This document shows, one piece after another, positions 9,446 to 17,704 of a stretch of DNA of 64,000 nucleotides. Below the pieces are notes generated by a model. That model was not told the origin of the DNA. It was given only the letters and a program-made list of their open reading frames with translations, and made no database searches. How positions within the stretch are numbered: the first letter of the stretch is position 1; each line of letters begins with the position of its first letter. The stretch is from Candidatus Woesearchaeota archaeon (lineage in GTDB: Archaea > Nanobdellota > Nanobdellia > Woesearchaeales > UBA583): positions 1,087,926-1,151,925 of the forward strand of contig CP060218.1 in assembly GCA_023898345.1 (NCBI GenBank), in the 5' to 3' direction. The position numbers were made by a program, and so were the translations under genes.

Positions 9446-9498
9446 AAGTACTTTCTAGGAGACCTGTCTAAAATTACTTTTTTGTGACAAAATACCTT

Positions 9499-9618
9499 AA
9501 GTAAAGAAATCGCTGAAATCTGCCTATCCCAATCGCAACAGAGCTGATGGGCATAATACCCAGCCAAGGAATCAAAAATTTGTTAGATGGAATTATTTTT
9601 GATGTGCAGCATATAAGA
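9499..9618 (+). repeat. REP-A short form plus 3' module (ggaattatttttgatgtgcagcatata), running directly into the Ham1 start codon
   Basis: gtaaagaaatcgctgaaatctgcctatcccaatcgcaacagagctgatgggcataatacccagccaaggaatcaaaaatttgttagatggaattatttttgatgtgcagcatataagaATG. Confidence 0.8.
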
Positions 9619-10179
9619 ATGAAAAAAACTCTGACTCTTGTAACAGGAAATGAAAATAAAAGAAGAGAATTTGAAATGCTTCTTTACAATTTCCAAGTTG
9701 AGATGAAAGCTTTGGATCTTGAAGAAGTACAAAGTTTAGACACTGAGTACATCGCCAAAGAAAAAGCAAAAAAAGCATATTCTCTTTTGCAAAAACCTGT
9801 CATTGTAGAAGATGTCAGTGCTCATCTTGATGCTCTAGAGGGCTTGCCTGGACCTTTTATCAAGTATTTTGAGAAAAAACTTGGCGATACTGCTCTTTTG
9901 AGACTTCTTGGCGAGGAGAAAAACCGGGCGGCTTTTATTCGTTGTACTTGTGTTTATTTTGATGGGGAATCACTGCTTGTTTCAGTTGCTGAAATGAAAG
10001 GACACATAAGTAGAGAAAAGAGAGGTGAAGATGGTTGGGGCTTTGATGTCTGTTTTATTCCTGAGGGACAGGAGAAAACTTTAGCGGAAATGGGCAGAGA
10101 AGAAAAAATTAACATTTTTCCGAGGTCTTTAGCACTACACCATCTTTCTGACCGATTAAAAAAGGAAGGTAAAAATTGA
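9619..10179 (+). CDS. Non-canonical purine NTP pyrophosphatase (Ham1/RdgB/ITPase family)
   Basis: Motifs LTLVTGNENKRREFE, VEDVSAHLDALEGLPGPFIKYF and GWGFDVCFIPEG. The true start is the internal ATG at 9619; the ORF-track 5' extension from 9547 is made of repeat-element sequence. Confidence 0.88.
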   Translation: MKKTLTLVTGNENKRREFEMLLYNFQVEMKALDLEEVQSLDTEYIAKEKAKKAYSLLQKPVIVEDVSAHLDALEGLPGPFIKYFEKKLGDTALLRLLGEEKNRAAFIRCTCVYFDGESLLVSVAEMKGHISREKRGEDGWGFDVCFIPEGQEKTLAEMGREEKINIFPRSLALHHLSDRLKKEGKN

Positions 10180-10183
10180 GGAT

Positions 10184-10597
10184 TTATTCTGCATCTGCGG
10201 ATACAGTAATTATTGCATCTCCCCCTATACTAGAATAACGAATATAAAAGGTTTTTTCTGTAAGTGGAGAAGGTTCAACTACAATTGAGGCTCCTTCTAA
10301 AAAATCAGCAGGAAAATAACTTTGAGCCAGATTTGTGCTGCCCTTGTTATTTACAATATAACAAAGATCGGAGTTTTTTATTCCGTAATTGTTATCATAA
10401 CATTGTTTCACAAGAATCCCTATTTGTTCATTGTCAAAATCTTCGTTAAGCAATTTGTCCTCTGAGCCTACTGCTCCGGGAACTCTGTCTACGGTCCTTT
10501 TCGAATTTGCGAGAATATCTGAGGATACAGCAATCATAGTAAAACCGACTGCTAAAATTACAACCAAAGATACAATTATTTTTATGGTGTCATCCAT
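10184..10597 (-). CDS. Small membrane-anchored/secreted protein (N-terminal TM helix, 3 Cys)
   Basis: 137 aa with an N-terminal hydrophobic helix IKIIVSLVVILAVGFTMIAV. Third gene of a three-gene same-strand cluster. Confidence 0.5.
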   Translation of the reverse strand: MDDTIKIIVSLVVILAVGFTMIAVSSDILANSKRTVDRVPGAVGSEDKLLNEDFDNEQIGILVKQCYDNNYGIKNSDLCYIVNNKGSTNLAQSYFPADFLEGASIVVEPSPLTEKTFYIRYSSIGGDAIITVSADAE

Positions 10598-10599
10598 GC

Positions 10600-11031
10600 T
10601 TAGCTGTTATCAAATTGTATTTTAATTTTTTGTCCTTCCCTTGTCATGACAAACCTATAGATGCTTGCCACTGCTCCTTCCTCAAAAATGATACTTTTCC
10701 CTTCTGCACAAGTTCCTGTGGAATCACACATTTGGACTTCACAAAGAAATTTTTTACAGTAGATATAATCTGAGGGACTATCTTCTTGAAATGTGCAAAC
10801 TTTGTCAGTGTCCACATACATTTCAATTTGTCCAGGGTAATCAACATCAAATATTTCAGAAGTAAATGGGTCTCGACAATAAATATCAACCTTACTTTGA
10901 ATTTCTCTTACTGTCGCTTCAGCAAGACCTCTGTCAAGAATTTGTCCGTTTTCGTGAAATAGATTTAGAGCCATTGCTCCTGCAAAAACAAAAATTATTA
11001 CAGAAAAAAAAAAAGCAATGATTGTATTCAT
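10600..11031 (-). CDS. Small membrane-anchored/secreted Cys-containing protein
   Basis: 143 aa with N-terminal TM IIAFFFSVIIFVFAGAMAL and 6 Cys. Lies 3 nt from the neighbouring genes. Confidence 0.5.
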   Translation of the reverse strand: MNTIIAFFFSVIIFVFAGAMALNLFHENGQILDRGLAEATVREIQSKVDIYCRDPFTSEIFDVDYPGQIEMYVDTDKVCTFQEDSPSDYIYCKKFLCEVQMCDSTGTCAEGKSIIFEEGAVASIYRFVMTREGQKIKIQFDNS

Positions 11032-11043
11032 AGTTTGCTTTCT

Positions 11044-11583
11044 CTAACTAATTGTTTGAGATTCAAATCCATATAATTTACGCCAACTTCCATCTCCTTC
11101 TGTACACTGTCCGGTCTTTGAATACGTAAATTTATCGTCAAACATTGTTTGCGTGTATCCGTCATGATCGTTGTAAAACTTTGCAGTTATTTCCAGACAC
11201 TTATCCATAGAAAGCTCGACACCACAATCACACTTTTGTACTAGTGGACAGTAGATACTATCTTCACACATTGTGAACGTTCCCGTATCAGCTTCACCGT
11301 TTCCGTTGTCACTGTTTCCGTCCCAGTCTAAACTAAAACTTTTTACACAGTATGCAATAACATCCTCTGTTCGACAGTTGTTTGCTTTTGCCTGAGAACA
11401 AGAAGTCGTACAAATTTGCTTTGCTTCTTCTTCTGCTGCTTGTTGATTGAGTTGGTTTTGTCTGTCTGACACTCCTCCTGAAAACATCTTAAGCAGAACC
11501 ATGGCAACTGCTAAGATTACAAAGAGGGAAACAAAAATCTCAATCGGTTTTTCCGATGCTTTTTTTAGTACTTTTTGTACCAT
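11044..11583 (-). CDS. Small membrane-anchored/secreted Cys-rich protein, possible pilin-like
   Basis: 179 aa. Basic N-terminus KKASEKPIEIFVSLFVILAVAMVLL then a Cys-rich (10 Cys) domain. Confidence 0.5.
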   Translation of the reverse strand: MVQKVLKKASEKPIEIFVSLFVILAVAMVLLKMFSGGVSDRQNQLNQQAAEEEAKQICTTSCSQAKANNCRTEDVIAYCVKSFSLDWDGNSDNGNGEADTGTFTMCEDSIYCPLVQKCDCGVELSMDKCLEITAKFYNDHDGYTQTMFDDKFTYSKTGQCTEGDGSWRKLYGFESQTIS

Positions 11584-11873
11584 GTTTGAGACTCGTTCTT
11601 ATTTTACTTTTTTTCTTTTGTAGTCTTTGTAAGGTGAATAAAATGGCTCTCGAAGCTTATTTTAGGGATTGCCAGCACCCTTTTGCATCAAACTTCTCTT
11701 TCTGTTTTTGCTCAAATCTCAGAGACAGCTTTTTTTCTCTTCTTTAGTCAGCGCTTTTGCGATTTTTTTATAGGGCTACGAAAAACCAATATCATTTGTG
11801 AGATGAAAGCAAGGAGTCCTCACTCAAATTTGAGAGTTTTACCGACCTTATCTCTGAGAAGAACAAAAACCAA

Positions 11874-11955
11874 GTAAAGAAATCGCTAAAATGTGCCTAT
11901 CCCAATCGGAGCAGAGCTGCAGGGTATATATAATATCCAGCTAAGGAATCAAAAG
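11874..11955 (+). repeat. REP-A short form
   Basis: gtaaagaaatcgctaaaatgtgcctatcccaatcggagcagagctgcagggtatatataatatccagctaaggaatcaaaag. Confidence 0.85.
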
Positions 11956-12051
11956 TTTTGGTTTTTCCACCCTTCTCAATAATTACTTTAGCCTTTGCCA
12001 CAGTTTGAGAGCTTACTCAAATTTATAAATTGAAACTTAAGCAATTCTTTC

Positions 12052-13380
12052 ATGGATGTTATTGCAGTTTTCAGTGTTATTGCAGGAATTGTCTTTCTTG
12101 GTTATTTTAGTGAACTTATTTTCAAAAAAACAAATATTCCAGATGTACTTCTTCTTATGATTGTAGGAATCCTTATAGGGACTGTTTTGCAATGGGTTGA
12201 ACCTGAAAGTTTTGGCTTTGGTTCTGAATTATTCACGACATTTGCTTTGCTCTTTCTTCTCTTTGTTGGTGCTCTTTCGATTGATTTTAAAACTCTTTTA
12301 CGTTCTTTTTCTCGCTCTATGCTCCTCACGGTTGTCACCTTTCTTTTCTCTGTCGCTGTTGTTGCAGGGGTTTCCTATTTTCTTTATAGGGATATCTTGC
12401 TTTCATTATTGACGGGGATGATTTTAGGAGGAACTAGCTCTGCTGTCGTTATTCCCCTCTTGCAAACTATTCCCCTTAAAGAAAAAAAACACGAAACTAT
12501 TCTTATGCTTGAATCTGCTCTGAGTGATGTGCTTTGTATTATTGGGACAGTGACTATTCTTGAAATTATGAAAACTGGGCAAATTATTGCAAGTGGAATT
12601 TTCAAATCTGTTCTTTCTTCTTTTTCTCTTGCTCTGGTTGTTGGTGTTATTGTTGGTCTTCTCTGGATTGGTCTTTTGTACAAGTATGAAATTTTAATGA
12701 AATCGTATCTTCTTACTATTGCTGTTCTTATTGGTCTGTACGCCTTTGTTGAAAGTCCTTTTGTTGGTGGAAGTGGAGCGATTGCGTCTTTAGCCTTTGG
12801 GCTTGTTCTTGGAAATGCTAAAACTTTGCGTCTTATGCTTCAAGGTGACAACAACTCATCAAAGAAAGATGAAATTTCTAGGGATGAAGAGGAGAAAGAA
12901 GCTATTCATAATGTCCTTCTTCCAAGTGCAAAAAATTTCTACTCAGAAATTTCATTTTTTGTTAAAACTTTCTTTTTTGTTTATCTTGGAATTCTCATTG
13001 ATTTTTCTGAATGGAATCTCTTTGCCATTGGATTTTTACTTACACTTGCCATTTTTTTGGTAAGACCTTTTTGTGTTCGGCTTGTTTTTGCGGGTGAAAA
13101 ACTTGATTCTATGGAAAGAACATTCTTGGAGATCTTGGTCCCGAAAGGTCTGGCTGCTGCAGTTTTGGCGGGCATTGCTGTCCAGAGTGGGCTTTTGCAA
13201 GAGTATGTCCTTGGAAGTTTTGTAACGATCATTCTTTCTGTGGTTTTTATTTCCATTGTTCTGACTTCGATTCTTGTTTTTTTTACTGGGAAAGGTTGGT
13301 TTGTTGGCTTTCTTCCTTTTCTGCACCCTAAGGATGAACACACATTAACAAAAAAAGAAATAAAGGAAAGAACATCTTAG
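12052..13380 (+). CDS. Cation:proton antiporter (CPA1/NhaP-type Na+/H+ exchanger family)
   Basis: 442 aa, 10-12 TM. N-terminal FSELIFKKTNIPDVLLLMIVGILIG signature of Na+/H+ exchanger family proteins. A TATA-like atttataaat sits ~25 nt upstream of the ATG. Confidence 0.72.
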   Translation: MDVIAVFSVIAGIVFLGYFSELIFKKTNIPDVLLLMIVGILIGTVLQWVEPESFGFGSELFTTFALLFLLFVGALSIDFKTLLRSFSRSMLLTVVTFLFSVAVVAGVSYFLYRDILLSLLTGMILGGTSSAVVIPLLQTIPLKEKKHETILMLESALSDVLCIIGTVTILEIMKTGQIIASGIFKSVLSSFSLALVVGVIVGLLWIGLLYKYEILMKSYLLTIAVLIGLYAFVESPFVGGSGAIASLAFGLVLGNAKTLRLMLQGDNNSSKKDEISRDEEEKEAIHNVLLPSAKNFYSEISFFVKTFFFVYLGILIDFSEWNLFAIGFLLTLAIFLVRPFCVRLVFAGEKLDSMERTFLEILVPKGLAAAVLAGIAVQSGLLQEYVLGSFVTIILSVVFISIVLTSILVFFTGKGWFVGFLPFLHPKDEHTLTKKEIKERTS

Positions 13381-13385
13381 AAAAT

Positions 13386-14249
13386 ATGGCCCCTTTTTCT
13401 TCAAACATTCTTCTCTCTGTACGCCTCACCCTCAAAAATAAATTTCTCTTGCTTCCCTTTATTCTTTCTTTTGTTTGGTTTTTCTTTATTGTAAGCACTT
13501 TTCTTGACACAATACATCTGCAAGAAGTTCTTCAGCACTATCTTCTTGGAACTGAAAACACTTCTTCTCTTTCGTTTACTGCTACAACAAACATACTCCT
13601 CACTAGTATTTTCTTCTTATTGCTCTGGTTCTTAGGATCTTATTTTTTTACGTGTATGGGTATGTCGGGAATACTTCAGGTTTTAGAATCAAAGGAGAAG
13701 ATTTCTTTTTTCTCGAAATCTTTTTTCTCTTTAGTTCTTTCTTTTTATCCTACATATGTCAAAGTCATGTTGTTATATCTTATAGCATATTTTTCACCAA
13801 TAGCTCTCTTTTTTTTAGAAATAACTTACATTCCTGAGCCTTCAACACTACTTGAGCTCCTCGCATTTCTTGTTACTGCACTTTTTTCTCTTCTCTGGAT
13901 GCTAAGTCTTAGTCTACGCTTTTTTTTTCTTAATGCGCAAATTTATGTGGAAAAAAAGAAGAAACTTAGAGAGATTTTTTCAATTAGTTACAAAAAAACT
14001 TCTTCTGGAGCCTGGGTTCGTGTGCTTCCAATTTTTCTTATTATTTATGTTTTTATTGCAACAGAATCAACGTTAAAATTTTTCTTTAGAAAACTTGTGA
14101 CCTCCTACTTTGCTTCTGATCCTTCTGGCATTCTTTTAGGCATCCTTCTCCTTGCCTTTTTTCTTTGTCTGCTCTTGGGCTTTCTTAGTACTGTTGCTCA
14201 CTTTTTCTACTTTCTCTCGTACAAAGACCTTTCTAAAAACAAGAGCTAA
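13386..14249 (+). CDS. Polytopic membrane protein, hypothetical
   Basis: 287 aa with many hydrophobic segments, located 6 nt after the antiporter stop. Confidence 0.5.
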   Translation: MAPFSSNILLSVRLTLKNKFLLLPFILSFVWFFFIVSTFLDTIHLQEVLQHYLLGTENTSSLSFTATTNILLTSIFFLLLWFLGSYFFTCMGMSGILQVLESKEKISFFSKSFFSLVLSFYPTYVKVMLLYLIAYFSPIALFFLEITYIPEPSTLLELLAFLVTALFSLLWMLSLSLRFFFLNAQIYVEKKKKLREIFSISYKKTSSGAWVRVLPIFLIIYVFIATESTLKFFFRKLVTSYFASDPSGILLGILLLAFFLCLLLGFLSTVAHFFYFLSYKDLSKNKS

Positions 14250-14280
14250 TCAGGATATGTACGGAGATTGCCAACTCACT

Positions 14281-14877
14281 TTACTTCTTCTTGCTTTTTT
14301 TTTCAGTGAGCTTCCTAAAAAGAATATACAAAAGGAGAAGAGTGCAAACTGTCAAAATAAAAAAAAATGTAGGAGTGCTAAAAAAAGAATTGGCCTGTTC
14401 AATATTACTTGCAGCAAGGGAAACACTTTTTTCCATCATTGTATCTGCTGCTTCTTCTTGCATAACGAAAATACTATTTTCTCTTTGTTTTCCACCTAGT
14501 TCAAGAAAAATGATTCCTGCGAGCGTAATTAAAAAAGAAGGAAAAAATAAATCGAGCTTTTCCATAAAGGTTTTTTTTAGGTTTTCATTTGGAGTAATAA
14601 CTAGTGTTCGATTTGCTGCTTTGTATAATTTTATTTCTTTTCCTTTTGTAGAATACTGATAATGAGTCCATGAAACAAGTTGGACTTTTTGTAATTCTTG
14701 AATATTGTAGTGAACTGTCGAAAGTGCTAGGTTTAATTTTTTTGCAACTTCTGTTTCTGGAGCTTCTTTTTCTGAGAGAAAAACAAGAATTTTTTTTGCA
14801 GTCTCGTTTGACAAAACTTTGCTTATTTGTCGGGCCCTCTCATCATCGAAACTTAGACATTCTATGTTCTTTTTCAT
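14281..14877 (-). CDS. ArsR/SmtB-like winged-helix regulator with C-terminal transmembrane anchor
   Basis: wHTH region ARQISKVLSNETAKKILVFLSEKEAPETEVAKKLNLALSTVHYNIQELQKVQLV followed by a C-terminal TM (FFPSFLITLAGIIFL... and FFFILTVCTLLLLYILF). Start taken at the internal ATG (MKKNIECL). Confidence 0.6.
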   Translation of the reverse strand: MKKNIECLSFDDERARQISKVLSNETAKKILVFLSEKEAPETEVAKKLNLALSTVHYNIQELQKVQLVSWTHYQYSTKGKEIKLYKAANRTLVITPNENLKKTFMEKLDLFFPSFLITLAGIIFLELGGKQRENSIFVMQEEAADTMMEKSVSLAASNIEQANSFFSTPTFFFILTVCTLLLLYILFRKLTEKKSKKK

Positions 14878-15008
14878 TGTGAAATGTAAAACTTGCCAGC
14901 ATATAAATCTGTCGGAGCGTCTCTCTTGGTAAAAAACAAATCTTAAGAAATTACTCAAAATGTGTAAAGTTGTAGAGGAAGAGCCTTAAGACCCTTCCAG
15001 GATTACCA

Positions 15009-15085
15009 GTAAAGAAATCGCCAAAATGTGCCTATCCCAAACGGAGCAGAGCTGCGGGGTATAATACTCAGCTAAGGAACTGAAA
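15009..15085 (+). repeat. REP-A short form
   Basis: gtaaagaaatcgccaaaatgtgcctatcccaaacggagcagagctgcggggtataatactcagctaaggaactgaaaa. Confidence 0.85.
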
Positions 15086-15144
15086 AATCTTAGTTTTGTT
15101 GAGCTTTGCTGTTTCTTTCTTTTGTGATACCCACGAGACGGGAA

Positions 15145-15154
15145 TTTTATAAAG
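15145..15154 (+). promoter_or_regulatory. Putative archaeal TATA box (ttttataaag) ~30 nt upstream of the capK-like ATG (leaderless-type promoter)
   Basis: AT-rich TATA-like octamer at the expected distance. Similar elements sit upstream of the 12052, 32395, 44970, 51615 and 53142 starts. Confidence 0.4.
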
Positions 15155-15182
15155 TCCTTTAGACTCTCTCCTTTAAAAATCC

Positions 15183-16532
15183 ATGAGAAAGGTCATTATT
15201 ACAGGTCTTCTGAAAAGTCAGGGCAAGGACGTTGGAGCCGAATATGAGAATCTCAAGCAGCTTGAATTTGCTGATTATGATCTTGTTAAGAAACGACAAG
15301 AGGAAAAGCTAAGGGACTTACTTTTGCACTGCGCTAAATATGTACCTTACTACAAATCATCCCTAAAAGCTTTTCTTGAATCTGAGGGCAAGGATCTTTC
15401 TCTCTTTTATTCTCTGCCTGCTTTGACAAAAAAGGAGCTTAAGGAACACAAGGATTTACTTACAAGTACAGACTGTCATGAAAGAGCTTGCTACAAAAAT
15501 TTTTCTGGCGGTTCGACTGGCGTCCCTGTTGCTTTTGTTCAGGATAAACATTCTTGGTCTGTTACGATTGCGCAAAAATGGCTCTTCTACTCTTTTCTCT
15601 CGGATACTCTTCCTTTGAAAAATATTAAACTTTGGGGTTCTGATAGAGATGTTATGCAAGGAAGTCTTGGCTGGAAAGCTCAACTCAAAAATCTCTTGTA
15701 CAAAAGAAAAGTTCTCAATGCTTTTGCAATGGATGAGGATAAAATGAGGCAGTTTGTTAAGGAGATTAATGCTTTCAAACCTGAACTCATTGAGGCATAT
15801 GTTGAACCTGCTGCTGCTTTGGCGCGCTTTATTCTTAAGGAGGGGATTTCAGTCCACAAACCTTTGGGTGTAATGACTTCGGCAGGTACGCTTTATCCAG
15901 ATATGAAGGACGTTATTTGTAAGGCATTTGGTGATTGTCCAGTTCTTGACAAATATGGCTCGCGTGAGGTTGGTGATATTGCTTGTTCTTGCAAGGAGAA
16001 TTCTGGTCTTCATCTTAATTGTTTTTCTCTCTTCGTAGAAATTCTTGATGAGAATATGAGGGAAGTAAAAGCAGGTGAAATTGGAAAGGTATATGTGACA
16101 ACTTTGGACAATTACTCTATGCCGCTTCTGCGTTACGAACTTGGCGACATGGCGCGTGTTGCAAAGGAAAAAAAATGCTCTTGTGGAAGAAGTATGCCTT
16201 TAGTCTCAGAAATTCTTGGACGGGAAATGAATATGTTTGTTAAACGGGACGGGACTTTGGTTTCTGGTGAATTTTTCATTCATTTTTTTAGCTCTGTGTA
16301 TAATGACGACTCTGTACAGCGCTTTCAGGTTGTTCAAAAAGATTATGAAGAGTTGCTTATTCGAGTTGTGCTCAAGGACAAAGAAGCTTTTGAAAAAGCA
16401 AAGCCAAAACTTCTGCTTCCCATTCGAAAAATTATGGGCGAGAGCTGTCGTATTGATTTTGAAGAATGTGAAGATATCCCTCCTTTGAAGAGCGGAAAGT
16501 TTTTGTACACGGTGTGTGAAATTGACAAATAG
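15183..16532 (+). CDS. Adenylate-forming enzyme of the phenylacetate-CoA ligase / coenzyme F390 synthetase / CapK family
   Basis: FSGGSTGVPVAF matches the (S/T)SG(S/T)TGxP AMP-binding motif of PaaK/CapK-like enzymes. Length 449 aa. Confidence 0.75.
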   Translation: MRKVIITGLLKSQGKDVGAEYENLKQLEFADYDLVKKRQEEKLRDLLLHCAKYVPYYKSSLKAFLESEGKDLSLFYSLPALTKKELKEHKDLLTSTDCHERACYKNFSGGSTGVPVAFVQDKHSWSVTIAQKWLFYSFLSDTLPLKNIKLWGSDRDVMQGSLGWKAQLKNLLYKRKVLNAFAMDEDKMRQFVKEINAFKPELIEAYVEPAAALARFILKEGISVHKPLGVMTSAGTLYPDMKDVICKAFGDCPVLDKYGSREVGDIACSCKENSGLHLNCFSLFVEILDENMREVKAGEIGKVYVTTLDNYSMPLLRYELGDMARVAKEKKCSCGRSMPLVSEILGREMNMFVKRDGTLVSGEFFIHFFSSVYNDDSVQRFQVVQKDYEELLIRVVLKDKEAFEKAKPKLLLPIRKIMGESCRIDFEECEDIPPLKSGKFLYTVCEIDK

Positions 16533-16540
16533 GGGCGTCC

Positions 16541-16777
16541 TTAGTTCTTTTCTCTAAGATAGTCGAAGCGTGGTAGCTCTTTCCCGCCAATAATCACAGT
16601 CTTGCAAAAGTCCGATAAAGGACGTGTCCAGACTGGTTGGTTACCAAAGTCTTTATCAAAGTAAAGGCCCCTATATACAACAATTTCTTCCAATGTTTCT
16701 GAATCTCTTGCAACTGCTATGACTTCATAGATCTGTGCACTTTTGCTGTGTCTGTACAAACCAAGTTGAAATTTCAT
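16541..16777 (-). CDS. DUF1653-family small protein
   Basis: 78 aa; GLYRHSKSAQIYEVIAVARDSETLEEIVVYRGLY....PVWTRPLSDF matches the remembered DUF1653 pattern. Confidence 0.6.
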   Translation of the reverse strand: MKFQLGLYRHSKSAQIYEVIAVARDSETLEEIVVYRGLYFDKDFGNQPVWTRPLSDFCKTVIIGGKELPRFDYLREKN

Positions 16778-16815
16778 ACTCTAAAAGATTTACAAAGGCT
16801 TTTTCTGCTTTCTGC

Positions 16816-17607
16816 TTACTCTTCATTCCCTTGCACATCTGCTTGGACAAGCCTGTACTGTGCGTTCCCTCTTAGGCCTTGCGCTTCAAACCAGAGATCG
16901 TTTACACTTGCTCCGTGTTCAAATTCCTGAGAACAGTTTCCTTCAGCTTCGAAAAACCACCCTTTCTCGTCGCCAAAACGAAGCGCACATTTGTCAGCGC
17001 TCCAGTCAAAGTTAAATTCTGAAAGAAAAAGTTCGGATTTTTTGTAGTCTATCCAGAACTTTGGACTGTTAAAATTGAAAGTTCCTTTGAACTGTACATA
17101 TGCTCCGTTATTAAAATCTTCTACTTCAAAAAAACCGTTGCCATCTGAAAGAGAAAGAGTTTTGTTTGCTGGACCAAAGCGAAGAATGCCTCCTGACTCC
17201 TTTCCATCGGATGTCAACTCTACCCCCATTCTCAAAGTATAGGGTCCACCTAAAAATTCTGGATCTGTCTCACTTGCAGAAAGTTGAAACTCTTCTTTTT
17301 TTTTGCCTGCTGTAAGTTTCAGACTTTTCTCTTTTGAACTCTGATTATTGTCTTCACTTTGCAAAAGAGAACGTAGTGTGTTTTTCCTTTTTTTTTCAAA
17401 TACTTCTTTTTCTTCATTAAATTCTTCTGAAATATTATTCTCGTCTTTAGACGAATGTTCATTTGCAAAAAGAGTTTGCTCTGAACTTTGTATGACTTGG
17501 ATAGTTTGTTTCGATTCGTCAGCATACGATGAAGAAAGAAGTGGTAAAGAAAGGGAAAAAACTACTACCATAAATAAAAAGAATAAGCTTACCTCATTCG
17601 TCCTCAT
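16816..17607 (-). CDS. Secreted hypothetical protein (signal peptide)
   Basis: N-terminal signal FFLFMVVVFSLSLPLLSSSYA, then a charged low-complexity region and an aromatic-rich C-terminal domain. Confidence 0.55.
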   Translation of the reverse strand: MRTNEVSLFFLFMVVVFSLSLPLLSSSYADESKQTIQVIQSSEQTLFANEHSSKDENNISEEFNEEKEVFEKKRKNTLRSLLQSEDNNQSSKEKSLKLTAGKKKEEFQLSASETDPEFLGGPYTLRMGVELTSDGKESGGILRFGPANKTLSLSDGNGFFEVEDFNNGAYVQFKGTFNFNSPKFWIDYKKSELFLSEFNFDWSADKCALRFGDEKGWFFEAEGNCSQEFEHGASVNDLWFEAQGLRGNAQYRLVQADVQGNEE

Positions 17608-17704
17608 AGTTTCTCCTTCTTTTTTTTATATATAAAATTTCGCCTCTCTTTAATCAAAACAAAAACTCAAAAAGTAAAATTATTAATGTACAAAGTACAA
17701 TATT

